64,000 nucleotides of DNA from Alphaproteobacteria bacterium (GCA_036381615.1 DASVCL010000069.1:8154-72153); one strand, 5' to 3'. Counted from the stretch's first letter, positions 9,794-20,645 are shown. Notes: generated by a model from the letters alone, not told the origin. A program made the numbers and translations.

Positions 9794-9915
9794 CCGGCAT
9801 GGGGAATGGGACAGCGAAACCCGCGTCCCGGGACACCGTCACGCACCGGCCTGGGAAATGGGACACGCAGAAAAAAGGAAACACCGTACCGGCCGCCGGA
9901 TGGCCCGTGAATGGA
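9794..9915. repeat. Three imperfect direct repeats (core GAATGGGAC) at about 51-bp periodicity upstream of the DUF2892 gene
   Basis: CCGGCATGGGGAATGGGACAGCG, CCGGCCTGGGAAATGGGACACGC (19 of 23 identical) and CCGGATGGCCCGTGAATGGAAC. Third-position GC is low, so the stretch is probably non-coding. Confidence 0.5.
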
Positions 9916-9969
9916 ACTTTGGCGGCAGCCCCAGGTTTTGAAGCCGCCGGATCAAAAGGAGCCGCCGCG

Positions 9970-10314
9970 ATGGACCTCGCTCGTTCCGCCCAGGGTGCCT
10001 ACCAATCGGTGTTCGGTGGTCAGAACAATCTTTCGATGGCCGAGCGGGCCGGCTCGGTCATTCTGGGCCTCGCCGCGCTCGGGGCCGCGGCCCGGCGCCG
10101 CCCGGGGCTCGGTGCGCTGTTGGCGCTCGGCGGTCTTGCCTTCGTGGCACGCGGGATGAGCGGCCACTGTCCCATCAAGGCGGGCATGACCGGGCGCGGC
10201 GGGTACGGGCTCCTGGCCGCCGGTTCAGGGCAAGACCGCCCGCGCCTCGGCGACAAATCCGAACCTTACGGGACCGACATCGAAGGCAAACCGGCGACCG
10301 CCGGGATTCCCTAG
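9970..10314 (+). CDS. DUF2892 (YgaP-like) small membrane protein
   Basis: The pattern N.S..ER...G..L..G...RR.G...L..G....G..G.CP....G is typical of DUF2892. Start at MDLAR with an AAAGGAG RBS. Confidence 0.7.
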   Translation: MDLARSAQGAYQSVFGGQNNLSMAERAGSVILGLAALGAAARRRPGLGALLALGGLAFVARGMSGHCPIKAGMTGRGGYGLLAAGSGQDRPRLGDKSEPYGTDIEGKPATAGIP

Positions 10315-10357
10315 TCCCGGCACGTCCCCGCAGGCGGCGCCCGGGGCGACGACCTAA

Positions 10358-11044
10358 CTACCCCAAATGTCGCGCGAAAAAGGCGAGCGTGCGCTCGCGT
10401 GCGAGCTTCGCGCTCTCGGCGTGGTAGCTGCCGCGCTGATCGCAGTTGAAGCCGTGCCCGGCGGGATAGATGTGGATCTCGACGCGATCGTTCTGGGCGG
10501 CGCGGACCTTGTCGACCTCGCTCAGCGGGATGGCATGATCCTTCTCGCCGAAATGCATCATCACCGGGCAGCGCGGCGCGGCATCGGCGTGATTGCCGAT
10601 GCCGCCGCCGTAGTACGACACGGCCGCGGCAAAGCCGTCGAGCCCCGTGGCCGCCAGCCACGCGACGAGGCCGCCCCAGCAGTAGCCGACGATGCCGATC
10701 TTGCCCACGCCGGCGATCGCGTCGCGCGCGGCGGCAACGTCGAGCAGCGCCTGCTCGTTCGTGACCTTGCCGCGGATCTGGCGGCCCTCGGCGATGTCGG
10801 ACTCGCCGTAACCAAGCTCGATGCCGCGGCTGACGCGGTCGAACAGGGCCGGCGCGATCGCCGCATAGCCGTCCCTCGCGAAGCCGTCGACGACGCTGCG
10901 GATGTGGTCGTTGACGCCGAAGATCTCCTGCACGACGACGAGGCCGCCCTTCGGCGTGCCCTTGGGATCGGCGCGATAGGCGGAGAGCACATGACCGTCG
11001 GCGGCGGTCAGGGTCGTGTTGCCGAGCGCGTTCACGGTGGCCAA
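10358..11044 (-). CDS. Dienelactone hydrolase family protein
   Basis: 228 aa. The nucleophile elbow GIVGYCWGG and the overall pattern are typical of the DLH family. Confidence 0.85.
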   Translation of the reverse strand: MATVNALGNTTLTAADGHVLSAYRADPKGTPKGGLVVVQEIFGVNDHIRSVVDGFARDGYAAIAPALFDRVSRGIELGYGESDIAEGRQIRGKVTNEQALLDVAAARDAIAGVGKIGIVGYCWGGLVAWLAATGLDGFAAAVSYYGGGIGNHADAAPRCPVMMHFGEKDHAIPLSEVDKVRAAQNDRVEIHIYPAGHGFNCDQRGSYHAESAKLARERTLAFFARHLG

Positions 11045-11220
11045 GGTGTCCTCCTTTTTCGGTAATTCGCGGACGCCTTACCACCTCGCCCGCAGGCAAG
11101 ACAAGCTGCCCACCTGGGCCATCCCGCGACGGAACGCGCGTCACGGCTGCGGCGTTGCGCGTCAGGTTGGCTACGCCGGGTCATGGTGCGCCGAACGTCA
11201 CGGCCGCGCGGCCGCTCGCG

Positions 11221-12249
11221 ATGGCCGACTCTCCCCGTCGCGCCCTCGGCGCGTGGCTCGAAGCGGTCGGGTTCGGGCCGATCGAAACGCCGTGGCGAGC
11301 GGTCGTGACGCGCGCGGGCATGCGCCTGCGGGCCTACGGGAATGGCGCGGGAAACCGGCGTCCGCTCGTCATCGTGCCGGCCCCGATCAAGCGCGCCTAT
11401 ATCTGGGATCTTGAGCCTCGACGCAGCGTCGTCCGGCGTGCGTGCGCGGCCGGATTCGAGGTCTATCTCCTCGAGTGGCTCGAGCCGGCCGGCCCCGTCC
11501 TGGCGTATGGCCTGTCCGACTTCGTCGAAACCTTGGTGGCCGATGCCGTCGCGGCGGCCTGTCGGGATGCGGGGACCAATACCGTGCTGTTGGCCGGACA
11601 TTCCCTCGGCGGCACGCTCGCCGCGATATTTGCGGCGCGGCACCCGGGCCGGGTCAGGGGGCTGGCGCTGATCGAGGCACCGCTTCACTTCGCCGAGGAT
11701 GGTGGGGCATTCGCCCCGTTCGTTACCGCCGGTCCGCTGGCCGCAGCCGCGAGCGACGCGCTGTTCGGCGTCGTGCCCGGTTCGCTCCTGGACGTCATGA
11801 GCGTCACGGCGGCGCCGATGACATTTGTCGTCGAGCCGATCCTGGGCGCGTTCGTCAGCGGGCTCGATCCGGCGTCGTTTGAAACCCATCTGCGCGTGCG
11901 GCGCTGGACGTTGGACGAGTTTCCGCTCCCGGTTTCGCTCTTCGCGGATGTCGCGGTCGGGCTCTACCGGGACGACCTCTTCATGAAGGGCGCCCTTCCG
12001 GTGGCCGGGCGGATGCTCGGCCCGGCGGATCTGACCGCGCCGGTGTTGGCCGTCGTCGACCCGGACAGTCGCCTCATACCTCCCGCATCCGTGATTGCGT
12101 TCCTGGCGGCGTCACGGTGCCGGACCCGGTGCGTGGTTCGGTACACGGGCGATGTCGGCGTCACGCTGCGGCACCTGGGTATCCTGATCGGCGACCGCGC
12201 GCATCAGCGCCTGTGGCCGGAGATCTTCGACTGGCTTCGCTCGACGTGA
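11221..12249 (+). CDS. PhaC-like alpha/beta hydrolase (PHA-synthase fold with Ser in place of the catalytic Cys)
   Basis: RAYIWDLEPRRSVVRRACAAGFEVYLLEW resembles the PhaC N-terminal signature. The lipase box is GHSLGG (PhaC has G-x-C-x-G-G). Asp and His candidates are VVDPDSRLIP and LRHLG. Confidence 0.65.
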   Translation: MADSPRRALGAWLEAVGFGPIETPWRAVVTRAGMRLRAYGNGAGNRRPLVIVPAPIKRAYIWDLEPRRSVVRRACAAGFEVYLLEWLEPAGPVLAYGLSDFVETLVADAVAAACRDAGTNTVLLAGHSLGGTLAAIFAARHPGRVRGLALIEAPLHFAEDGGAFAPFVTAGPLAAAASDALFGVVPGSLLDVMSVTAAPMTFVVEPILGAFVSGLDPASFETHLRVRRWTLDEFPLPVSLFADVAVGLYRDDLFMKGALPVAGRMLGPADLTAPVLAVVDPDSRLIPPASVIAFLAASRCRTRCVVRYTGDVGVTLRHLGILIGDRAHQRLWPEIFDWLRST

Positions 12250-12267
12250 AGCGCGCCGCCGCACGCG

Positions 12268-13368
12268 TCAGACGTTGAACCGGAACAGCATCACGTCGCC
12301 GTCGGCGACCGTGTAGTCGCGGCCTTCCTGGCGCATCTTGCCGGCTTCCTTCGCCCCCTGCTCGCCGCCGCAGGCGACGTAATCGTCATAGGCGATGACT
12401 TCGGCGCAGATGAAGCCGCGCTCGAAATCGGTGTGGATCACGCCCGCGGCCTCGGGCGCTTTGGCGCCCTTGCGTACGGTCCAGGCGCGCGCCTCCTTGG
12501 GCCCGGCGGTGAAGTAGGTGATGAGATTGAGCAGGCCGTAGCCGGCGCGGATGACGCGGGCGAGGCCGGTCTCGCTCAGACCGAGCGATTCGAGAAAGGC
12601 CTGCCGTTCGGTCTCGTCGGGCAAGGCGACGACCTCGGCCTCGATGGCCGCGGAGATGACCACGGACGAGGCACCTTCCTGCGCCGCCTTGGCCGCCACC
12701 TTGCGCGACAGCTCGTTACCCTCGGCAGCGGCGTCTTCCTCGACGTTGCAGACATAGAGGACGGGCTTGGTGGTCAGCAGCTGAAGCTGCTTGACGAGCG
12801 GCGCCTGCTCCGCCGTCGGCGTGAAGGCCCGGCCGGGCTTTCCCTCGCGCAGCAGGGCGAGGATCGGCTCCATGACCTCGAGCTGCGCCTTCGCCTCCTT
12901 GTCGCCGCCGCGCGCCTTCTTCTGCGCGGCCGCGACGCGTTTTTCCAGGCTGTCGAGATCGGCGAGCATCAGCTCGGTCTCGACCGTGTCGGCGTCGCGC
13001 AGCGGATCGACCGATCCCTCGACATGGGTGACGTCGCTGCCTTCGAAGCAGCGCAGCACGTGCGCGATCGCGTCGACCTCGCGGATGTTGGCGAGGAACT
13101 GGTTGCCGAGGCCTTCGCCCTTCGAGGCGCCGCGCACCAGCCCGGCGATGTCGACGAATTCCAGCTGCGTCGGGACCTTGCGTGCCGATTTCGCCAAACG
13201 GGCCAGCGTATCCAGCCGCGCGTCCGGCACCGGCACGCGGCCGATATTCGGCTCGATCGTGCAGAACGGATAATTCGCGGCCGCGGCGGTCGCGGTCGCC
13301 GTCAGTGCGTTGAACAGGGTCGACTTGCCGACATTCGGCAGGCCGACGATGCCGCAGCGGAAACCCAT
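12268..13368 (-). CDS. ychF: Redox-regulated ATPase YchF
   Basis: [23 protein letters not shown] with a TGS C-terminal domain. 366 aa. Confidence 0.95.
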   Translation of the reverse strand: MGFRCGIVGLPNVGKSTLFNALTATATAAAANYPFCTIEPNIGRVPVPDARLDTLARLAKSARKVPTQLEFVDIAGLVRGASKGEGLGNQFLANIREVDAIAHVLRCFEGSDVTHVEGSVDPLRDADTVETELMLADLDSLEKRVAAAQKKARGGDKEAKAQLEVMEPILALLREGKPGRAFTPTAEQAPLVKQLQLLTTKPVLYVCNVEEDAAAEGNELSRKVAAKAAQEGASSVVISAAIEAEVVALPDETERQAFLESLGLSETGLARVIRAGYGLLNLITYFTAGPKEARAWTVRKGAKAPEAAGVIHTDFERGFICAEVIAYDDYVACGGEQGAKEAGKMRQEGRDYTVADGDVMLFRFNV

Positions 13369-13373
13369 GTCGT

Positions 13374-13991
13374 CTAGTCCTTGTTTGAATCGGTCCGGGG
13401 CGGCTTCGGCGCGGGCGGATTCATCGCGTGCGCGACGCGGCTCATGAAGCCGCCGTCATCGCCGGCGACGAGGCGCGGGACCTCGGCGGCGATCGCTTCG
13501 AGCAGCGGCTCCAGCCACGCCGCGTCCGCCTTGGCGAAGTCGTGCAGCACATAGCCGCTGACCAGGCGCTTGTCGCCCGGATGGCCGATACCGATGCGCA
13601 CGCGCCAATAGTCCGGCCCGAGATGCGCATCGATGGACCTGAGCCCGTTGTGGCCGGCGTTGCCGCCGCCGCGCTTGACGCGGAGCCGGCCCGGCGCGAG
13701 GTCGAGTTCGTCGTAAAAGACGATGATCTGCGACGGATCGACCTTGTAGAAGCGTGCCGCCGCCGCAACCGAACGCCCCGACTCGTTCATATAGGTCTGC
13801 GGTTTCAGGGCGACCACCCTGGTGCCGTCGATCTGGCCGTCGGCGGCGAGGCCTTCGAAGCGGGCACGATAGGGGCCGAAGCCATGGCGGCGGACGATCG
13901 TGTCCACCGCCATGAATCCGACGTTGTGCCGATGCTTGGCATAGGTCGGCCCGGGATTGCCCAGGCCGACCAGCAAAACGAGATCTGCCAA
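13374..13991 (-). CDS. pth: Peptidyl-tRNA hydrolase
   Basis: [25 protein letters not shown] and HNGLRSI motifs. Confidence 0.95.
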   Translation of the reverse strand: MADLVLLVGLGNPGPTYAKHRHNVGFMAVDTIVRRHGFGPYRARFEGLAADGQIDGTRVVALKPQTYMNESGRSVAAAARFYKVDPSQIIVFYDELDLAPGRLRVKRGGGNAGHNGLRSIDAHLGPDYWRVRIGIGHPGDKRLVSGYVLHDFAKADAAWLEPLLEAIAAEVPRLVAGDDGGFMSRVAHAMNPPAPKPPRTDSNKD

Positions 13992-14000
13992 TGCCGCCGA

Positions 14001-14711
14001 TTACTTCTTGCCGGCGGCCTTCTTCTCGCCGGCTGCGGACGCCTTGGCCGCCCCACCGGCAGCCGCCTGTGGCGCCGGTGCGGCAGCGCCAGCCTCCGCC
14101 GGCGCACCCGCTGCCGCAGCACCGCCTTCCTCGGCACCGCGGAGCACGGACGGCGCCGCGACCGCCGCGATCGTGAAGTCGCGCGTCGTGATGGTCGGGC
14201 GCACGCCTTCGGGCAGCTTGACGGCGCTGATGTGCACGCTGTCGCCGATGTCGAGGCCCTCGAGGTTCACGGTGATGACCTGCGGAATGTTCTCGATCGA
14301 GCAGTAGACCTCGATCTCGTGGCGGACGACGTTGAGCACGCCGCCGCGCTTCAGGCCGGGCGAGCGCTCCTGGTTCTCGAACCGCACCGGCACCGACACG
14401 CGGATCTGCGTCTTCGCGCCCACGCGCTGGAAGTCGACGTGTTCGGGCCTGTCGGTCACCGGGTGAAGTTGCACGTCGCGCGGCAGCACACGTTCGCTGC
14501 GGCCGTCGATCTGCACGTCGAACACGCGGGTGAAGAAGCCCGGCTTCTGGAACTCGCGGACGAGATCCTTCGGATCGAGCGCAATCAGCGTCGGGGCTTG
14601 CTTGTCACCGTAGATCACGCCGGGAATGCGCCCGGCGCGGCGTACGGCGCGGGCGGCCCCCTTTCCGGCCCGCTGGCGCGACTGCGCCGAAATCGTCACT
14701 GTTTCGACCAT
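14001..14711 (-). CDS. rplY: 50S ribosomal protein L25 / general stress protein Ctc
   Basis: MVETVTISAQSRQRAGKGAARAVRRAGRIPGVIYG followed by an Ala/Lys-rich tail. It sits between prs and pth as in many bacteria. Confidence 0.9.
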   Translation of the reverse strand: MVETVTISAQSRQRAGKGAARAVRRAGRIPGVIYGDKQAPTLIALDPKDLVREFQKPGFFTRVFDVQIDGRSERVLPRDVQLHPVTDRPEHVDFQRVGAKTQIRVSVPVRFENQERSPGLKRGGVLNVVRHEIEVYCSIENIPQVITVNLEGLDIGDSVHISAVKLPEGVRPTITTRDFTIAAVAAPSVLRGAEEGGAAAAGAPAEAGAAAPAPQAAAGGAAKASAAGEKKAAGKK

Positions 14712-14790
14712 CTCTTTCTCCTCTTCAACAATCGGCGTCGGCCTCCAGGGGTGCCGCACGCCGGCCACGGGCCCGGCCTTGCGTCCGGGC

Positions 14791-15723
<933 letters not shown>

Positions 15724-15867
15724 CGCCCCTGGGACCCGTGCGAGCGGACGGTTAATGCCCTGAAATTCAAACAGGAAACCCGCGACGGATCATTCCCGGC
15801 GCGGGCGGCGCGGAATGTATCAGGGTGTCATACCGGTGTAAACCGGCATGAGGCCCCCGGAGGGCCC

Positions 15868-16716
15868 CTAATGGGCCGGTGTCGCGGGGGGCGGCGCCCG
15901 CTCGACGAGTTCGGCAATCCCCTCGGCCGCCCCTTCGGCGACCGCGACCGCCAGCTCGGCCCAGGCGCGCTCCAGATACGTGGCCGGGACGTCGTTCTGC
16001 TGGTTGACTTGGCCGATTTCGGTCCCGTCCGGAGCCAGAACGGCCCATCGCACGTCGACGGTGCGGAGCTGGGGCCCCTTGGCGGCGATCGCGACCGTGC
16101 CGTTGACGACGAGGCTGTCCGTCACGGACGCGTCGGCAAGATTGATGCCGAGGCGGCGCAACGCATAGTCGAGCGCGCGGGAAAGCGCGATGTCGCCCCC
16201 TTCGGGCGTGCCGGTGATCGTGCCGATGCGTACCGCGCGCGGCGCCGGCGGCGCGGCGGCGACCGCATCGGGCTGCAGTGCCCTGGCGAACAGAGCTGCC
16301 GTGTCCTGGAGTTCCGGCGGAATCCGGTCGCTGCCGCCGGCTCCGGTTGACAGCGCAAGCTCATGCTCTCGGACGATTTCGCCGGACGGCGCGCGCAGGA
16401 CGAGCCGGGCGCGGCCACCCCCGAGCACGTCGCCGTCGAGTACGAAGCTCGCCGCGTTGCCGCTGCGCGTGCTCGCGGGCACGTTCTCGCGGCGAAGCGC
16501 ATCGGCCAGGTTCTCGGCAAGCCGTGCCGCGTCGGGCTCCGGCAGGCCGGCGACCGGCCGAACGAGCACACCGGCGCGGTCGGGCAGAACCAGCAGCCGG
16601 TTTTCCTCCTGCTTCCCGTCGGGCTGGAACGGGCGCGGCAGATCGCCGCAGCCGGCGAGCAGCAGCGCGACCGCGACGATGGCCCCGTGAACGAGCGGCC
16701 GTGATCTACAGAACAC
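15868..16716 (-). CDS. Hypothetical lipoprotein
   Basis: Signal peptide with lipobox LLLAGC. No recognised domain. Confidence 0.6.
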   Translation of the reverse strand: MFCRSRPLVHGAIVAVALLLAGCGDLPRPFQPDGKQEENRLLVLPDRAGVLVRPVAGLPEPDAARLAENLADALRRENVPASTRSGNAASFVLDGDVLGGGRARLVLRAPSGEIVREHELALSTGAGGSDRIPPELQDTAALFARALQPDAVAAAPPAPRAVRIGTITGTPEGGDIALSRALDYALRRLGINLADASVTDSLVVNGTVAIAAKGPQLRTVDVRWAVLAPDGTEIGQVNQQNDVPATYLERAWAELAVAVAEGAAEGIAELVERAPPPATPAH

Positions 16717-16776
16717 AGGTCACCAGCACGAGACCGATGATGCAGAACAACACGAACAGGATCAGGTGCGGCATGC

Positions 16777-17550
16777 CTATCCGTCCAGCGCGATCGCGGA
16801 GAGGTCGCGTCCGTAATCCTTCTCGCCGCGCAGGCAGGCGCGACGATAGCTGAAGAACAGGTCCTCTTCGCCGCACGTGTCGTGCGGCATCTGGTGCACG
16901 TCGCCGAGCCCGAGTTTGCGCAGCCGGCGCGCGATATAGCCGGGCAGGTCGAACATGTAATGGCCGGCGCGCGCGCCCGGCGTGAAGAACGCCGCGTCCG
17001 CCGGATCCGCGGCGATGAACGGAGCGGGAAATTCCGGGCCGACTTCGTAGGACCGTTGGGCGATGCACGGTCCGATCGCCGCGACCATCGTCTCCGGCCG
17101 CGCGCCGTGCTTGGCCATCGCGGCGACGGTGGCCTCGAGCACGCCGCCGACCGCGCCGCGCCAGCCTGCATGCGCCGCGCCGACGACGCGGGCCCTGCGG
17201 TCGGCAAACAGCACGGGCGCGCAATCGGCCGTGAGGATGCCGAGCGCAAGGCCCGGCCGCGTCGTGACCATCGCGTCCGCCTTGGGCGCGTTCTCGCGCG
17301 TCCACGGTTCTTCGACCTCGATCACGGTCGGGCTGTGGACCTGGTACAGCGTGACCAGCGATTCGGGCGTATAGCCCAGGCGGGCCATTGCCCGGCTGCG
17401 GTTCGTGGCGACGTTGTCGATCGCGTCGCCGGAGCCGAGCCCGCAGTTCAGCGAATCGAAAATGCCGCTGCTGACGCCACCCCGGCGCGTGAAGAAGCCG
17501 TGTCGCACGCCGCCGATCGCATCGAGCGGACTCATCGTCAACATCGTCAT
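16777..17550 (-). CDS. pgeF: Peptidoglycan editing factor PgeF (YfiH/DUF152 laccase-domain protein)
   Basis: HGFFTRRGGVSSG, ILTADCAPVLFAD and HAGWRG match the PgeF/YfiH family. The start at MTMLTMSPL overlaps the upstream MTase gene by 4 nt. The 599-aa track ORF is an over-extension. Confidence 0.85.
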   Translation of the reverse strand: MTMLTMSPLDAIGGVRHGFFTRRGGVSSGIFDSLNCGLGSGDAIDNVATNRSRAMARLGYTPESLVTLYQVHSPTVIEVEEPWTRENAPKADAMVTTRPGLALGILTADCAPVLFADRRARVVGAAHAGWRGAVGGVLEATVAAMAKHGARPETMVAAIGPCIAQRSYEVGPEFPAPFIAADPADAAFFTPGARAGHYMFDLPGYIARRLRKLGLGDVHQMPHDTCGEEDLFFSYRRACLRGEKDYGRDLSAIALDG

Positions 17551-18653
17551 GGCTGTCTCAGGCAAAGATTGGGGGCGGGATCGAAGCCGGGCGGCGGCGT
17601 TGCGCCGGGCGGCACGATCGCGAGCGCCTTGAACAGCGTGCCCATTCCGCCCTCGCCGATCAAGCGCTCGTATGCGGACGCGATGTCGCGGCGTTGCGCC
17701 GCCGTCGCGCGCCGCAGGAGCATCGCCGCGCGCGCGGCAATGCCCAGGCGATGAAGAAATATGCCCTGCGGCACCGGGCCATAGACATCGGCGCCGGCCT
17801 CGCGCGCGACGCGGGCAAGCGCGACGAAATCGACGTGCGCGGTCAGGTCGCTGCCGCCGGGGTCGGCCAGCGGATCGACTTTCCGATGCCGCCGCACGGC
17901 CTGCAGCGTGTCGCCGATACCGCTCGTCATCGGGCCGTAGTCGATCGCGAGTGCGGCACCGCCGGCCCGAACGCGGCGCGCAAGCTGCGCGGCGATCTCG
18001 CGCGACGCCGGACTGATCTCGACGACCGCGCCGACCGGTGCGGACCGGTGTGCCGGTTCGAGTTCCGGATCGTCGACGCGCGGACCGGGGACGAATGCAA
18101 AGCGGCCCGAGGTGGCATCGACGCCGACACATCGCACGCGCCACCCATCGGTGCCGCGCACGAATTGCTGGACCGGCAGCGCATCGAAGAATTCGTTCGC
18201 GATGATGACCGCCGGACCGTCTGGCACGGTGGCGAGCGAATCGTGCCATGTCGGACTCGCCTCCCGCAGTGCGGCGGCCTGCAGCGCCCGAAGGCGCGGA
18301 TTGATCTCGACGAGATGGAGGTCGATCGCGGTGCGGAACGCCGGCAGCGCCTGGCCTGCGGCGCGCAGTGCGTCGCGCATCAACGTGCCGCGCCCGGGGC
18401 CAAGCTCGACCAGCCGGACCGGACGCGGCTGACCCGTGCTCAGCCAGATCTCGGCCGCCCAAAGGCCGAGCAGCTCGCCGAACATCTGACTGATCTCCGG
18501 CGCGGTAATGAAATCGCCGCCCGCGCCGATGGCCTCGGCACGGCGGTAATAGCCGTGCTCGGGATGCCCGAGGCACAGCGCCATGTAGTCGGCGACCGGA
18601 ATGGGGCCGTCGCGCCGGATGCGGTCCGCGAGCAGCGCGCCCAGCGGAGTCAC
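17547..18653 (-). CDS. Class I SAM-dependent methyltransferase, NDUFAF7/MidA (DUF185) family
   Basis: DFITAPEISQMFGELLG and VELGPGRGTLMRD are DUF185-type motifs. There are 4-nt overlaps with both lgt and pgeF. Confidence 0.8.
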   Translation of the reverse strand: MTPLGALLADRIRRDGPIPVADYMALCLGHPEHGYYRRAEAIGAGGDFITAPEISQMFGELLGLWAAEIWLSTGQPRPVRLVELGPGRGTLMRDALRAAGQALPAFRTAIDLHLVEINPRLRALQAAALREASPTWHDSLATVPDGPAVIIANEFFDALPVQQFVRGTDGWRVRCVGVDATSGRFAFVPGPRVDDPELEPAHRSAPVGAVVEISPASREIAAQLARRVRAGGAALAIDYGPMTSGIGDTLQAVRRHRKVDPLADPGGSDLTAHVDFVALARVAREAGADVYGPVPQGIFLHRLGIAARAAMLLRRATAAQRRDIASAYERLIGEGGMGTLFKALAIVPPGATPPPGFDPAPNLCLRQP

Positions 18654-19474
18654 GTCGCGGGCTTCTCGAGCGGCAGCGGCGGCTGTCGGCGGCTTCTGAC
18701 GATCAGATACGCGCCGATCAGCAGCATGGGCAGCGACAGGATCTGGCCCATCGTGACGCCGCCGAGGATGAAGCCGAGATGCGCGTCGGGCTCGCGGAAG
18801 AACTCGCTGATGATTCGCGCGACTGCGTAGCCGGCGAGGAAGGCGCCGCCCAGAGCACCCGGACGGCGCCGGATCTCCGTGCGGTGCGCAAGCCAGGCAA
18901 GCACGGCGAACAGCACCAGGCCTTCGAGCGTCGCTTCGTAAAGCTGGCTCGGGTGGCGCGGCTCGGGGCCGCCATGCGGGAAGACCATGGCCCAGGACAC
19001 GTCGCTCGGCCGTCCGAAGAGTTCACCGTTGATGAAGTTGGCGATGCGGCCGAAGAACAGGCCGATCGGCGTTGCTGCGGCGACGACGTCGCCGAGGGCG
19101 AGGACGGGGATGCGGTGGCGTCGTGCGAACAGGCAGATTGCGAGGATCACGCCGACGAGACCGCCGTGGAACGACATTCCGCCGCGCCAAAGGAACAGCA
19201 CCTCGAGCGGATTGAAGATGTAGTAGCCCGGCTTGTAGAACAGCACATAGCCCAGCCGGCCGCCGAGGATGATCCCGAGCGTCGCCCAGACGACGAAGTC
19301 GTCGATCGCGGCGCGATCCATCACGTGCGGTGGACGGCCGGCCAGATGAATGACATAGCGCCAGCCGAGCAGAATGCCGGCGATATAGGCCAGTGCGTAC
19401 CATCGAATTGCGAACGGACCGATCTCGATCGCGACCGGATCGATCGATGGGAACGTCAGCGCAAAGGTCATCAC
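18650..19474 (-). CDS. lgt: Prolipoprotein diacylglyceryl transferase
   Basis: GPFAIRWYALAYIAG and FHGGLVGVI match the Lgt signature. 274 aa. Confidence 0.95.
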   Translation of the reverse strand: MMTFALTFPSIDPVAIEIGPFAIRWYALAYIAGILLGWRYVIHLAGRPPHVMDRAAIDDFVVWATLGIILGGRLGYVLFYKPGYYIFNPLEVLFLWRGGMSFHGGLVGVILAICLFARRHRIPVLALGDVVAAATPIGLFFGRIANFINGELFGRPSDVSWAMVFPHGGPEPRHPSQLYEATLEGLVLFAVLAWLAHRTEIRRRPGALGGAFLAGYAVARIISEFFREPDAHLGFILGGVTMGQILSLPMLLIGAYLIVRSRRQPPLPLEKPAT

Positions 19475-19639
19475 GGGCGCGAACTCTTCTGTTCGTTCAG
19501 TTCGGCGGTGGTTGCCGGGGCGTTATAGGCGCGCGGGTCAAGCTGTGCAACGACGCCAGCCATGCGATGTTGCGTACGGATGGAAACGCCGCCCATCGTC
19601 GTGGATAATCGGAAAACACGAGAACGTACGAGGTTACGC

Positions 19640-19930
19640 ATGCAGACCGACAACCGCTTCCTGGACGACATTGCGCGCGCGGCGAGCGGCGCGCTCGGCG
19701 CGCTCGCCGGCGTGCGCACCGAAATCGAATCGCAGTTGCGCGGCATGATGGAGCGCTGGCTGAAATCGCAGGACCTCGTAACGCGCGAGGAGTACGAGGT
19801 CGTCAAGGCGATGGCGACGCGCGCGCGCGAGGAGAACGAAATGCTCGCGGCGCGTGTGGCCGCGCTCGAGGCGGCACTGGCCGGTCGGATGGACGGCCCG
19901 GCGCCGTCGAGCGCGCCGGGCGGCGATTGA
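19640..19930 (+). CDS. ubiK: Ubiquinone biosynthesis accessory factor UbiK (BMFP/YqiC family)
   Basis: FLDDIARAASGALGA...DLVTREEYEVVKAMATRAREENEMLAARVAALE is a coiled-coil UbiK-like sequence. Confidence 0.75.
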   Translation: MQTDNRFLDDIARAASGALGALAGVRTEIESQLRGMMERWLKSQDLVTREEYEVVKAMATRAREENEMLAARVAALEAALAGRMDGPAPSSAPGGD

Positions 19931-20124
19931 GCGGGTCGGCCCGGGAGCGCAAGAAATAATCCCCATAAATTTGGGTGTTCTGTCCGTTTTCGCCTTGCGT
20001 CCACGACTCGCCTCTGGCAACCTACATTCTGTTGTGTATCGCGATCGTCTTTTACACAACCTGTCGAAGATCGATCGCGGTTCCGGTGCCACGTTTCTCG
20101 GTTGCGCACTGGGAGGGCGCTTAA

Positions 20125-20628
20125 ATGCCAGACGTTTCGGCATCCACCTTCGAGCAGAACCCTCATCCCCTTGATCTTGTTGAAGAAATAGCCTTCGCGA
20201 ACGAATGGGCGTTCGATCGGACGAGTGACGACGAGCTGGTCGCGCAGATGCCCGGTCGCTGGTGTGACTACCGGCTTTACTTCGGCTGGAGCCCGGACAT
20301 GAGCGCCCTTCAGTTCTCGTGCGGGCTCGACCTCCGGGTACCCAAGCAGCGCCGCGGCGCGGTGAACGAGTTGCTGGCGCTTGCCAACGAACGCCTCTGG
20401 CTCGGACATTTCGAACTCTGTTCCGACGAGGACACGCCGATGTTCCGGCACACGGTCCCGCTTCGCGGCCTGCGGGGCGCATCAGTGGAGCAGCTCGAGG
20501 ATCTGGTGGACGTCGCCCTCAACGAGTGCGAGCGGTATTACCCGGCGTTCCAGTACGTGATCTGGGGTGGCCGGTCCCCGGCCGAGGCGGTGGCCGCTGC
20601 CTGCCTCGATCCGCAAGGCGAGGCCTGA
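20125..20628 (+). CDS. YbjN domain-containing protein
   Basis: 167 aa. The YbjN-like pattern is found immediately upstream of proC, a conserved pairing in alphaproteobacteria. Confidence 0.75.
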   Translation: MPDVSASTFEQNPHPLDLVEEIAFANEWAFDRTSDDELVAQMPGRWCDYRLYFGWSPDMSALQFSCGLDLRVPKQRRGAVNELLALANERLWLGHFELCSDEDTPMFRHTVPLRGLRGASVEQLEDLVDVALNECERYYPAFQYVIWGGRSPAEAVAAACLDPQGEA

Positions 20629-20645
20629 CGCCGGAGTCCACATCC

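Noticed and set aside
16777-18576. 599-aa minus-strand ORF.
   Set aside because: Only the C-terminal roughly 258 aa match PgeF/YfiH. The N-terminal 340 aa are low-complexity and are the out-of-frame complement of the upstream methyltransferase gene. The real start is the ATG at 17550, which overlaps the upstream gene's stop.
19485-19500. GTTC repeats (GTTCGTTCAGTTC) that resemble the alphaproteobacterial LexA box GTTC-N7-GTTC.
   Set aside because: The spacing is wrong (N5/N1, not N7). No properly spaced LexA box was found upstream of uvrB, uvrC or elsewhere in the window.
19471-20451. 326-aa minus-strand ORF spanning the ubiK-ybjN interval.
   Set aside because: It is antisense to ubiK and ybjN and has no family resemblance. 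The intergenic part is treated as regulatory DNA instead.
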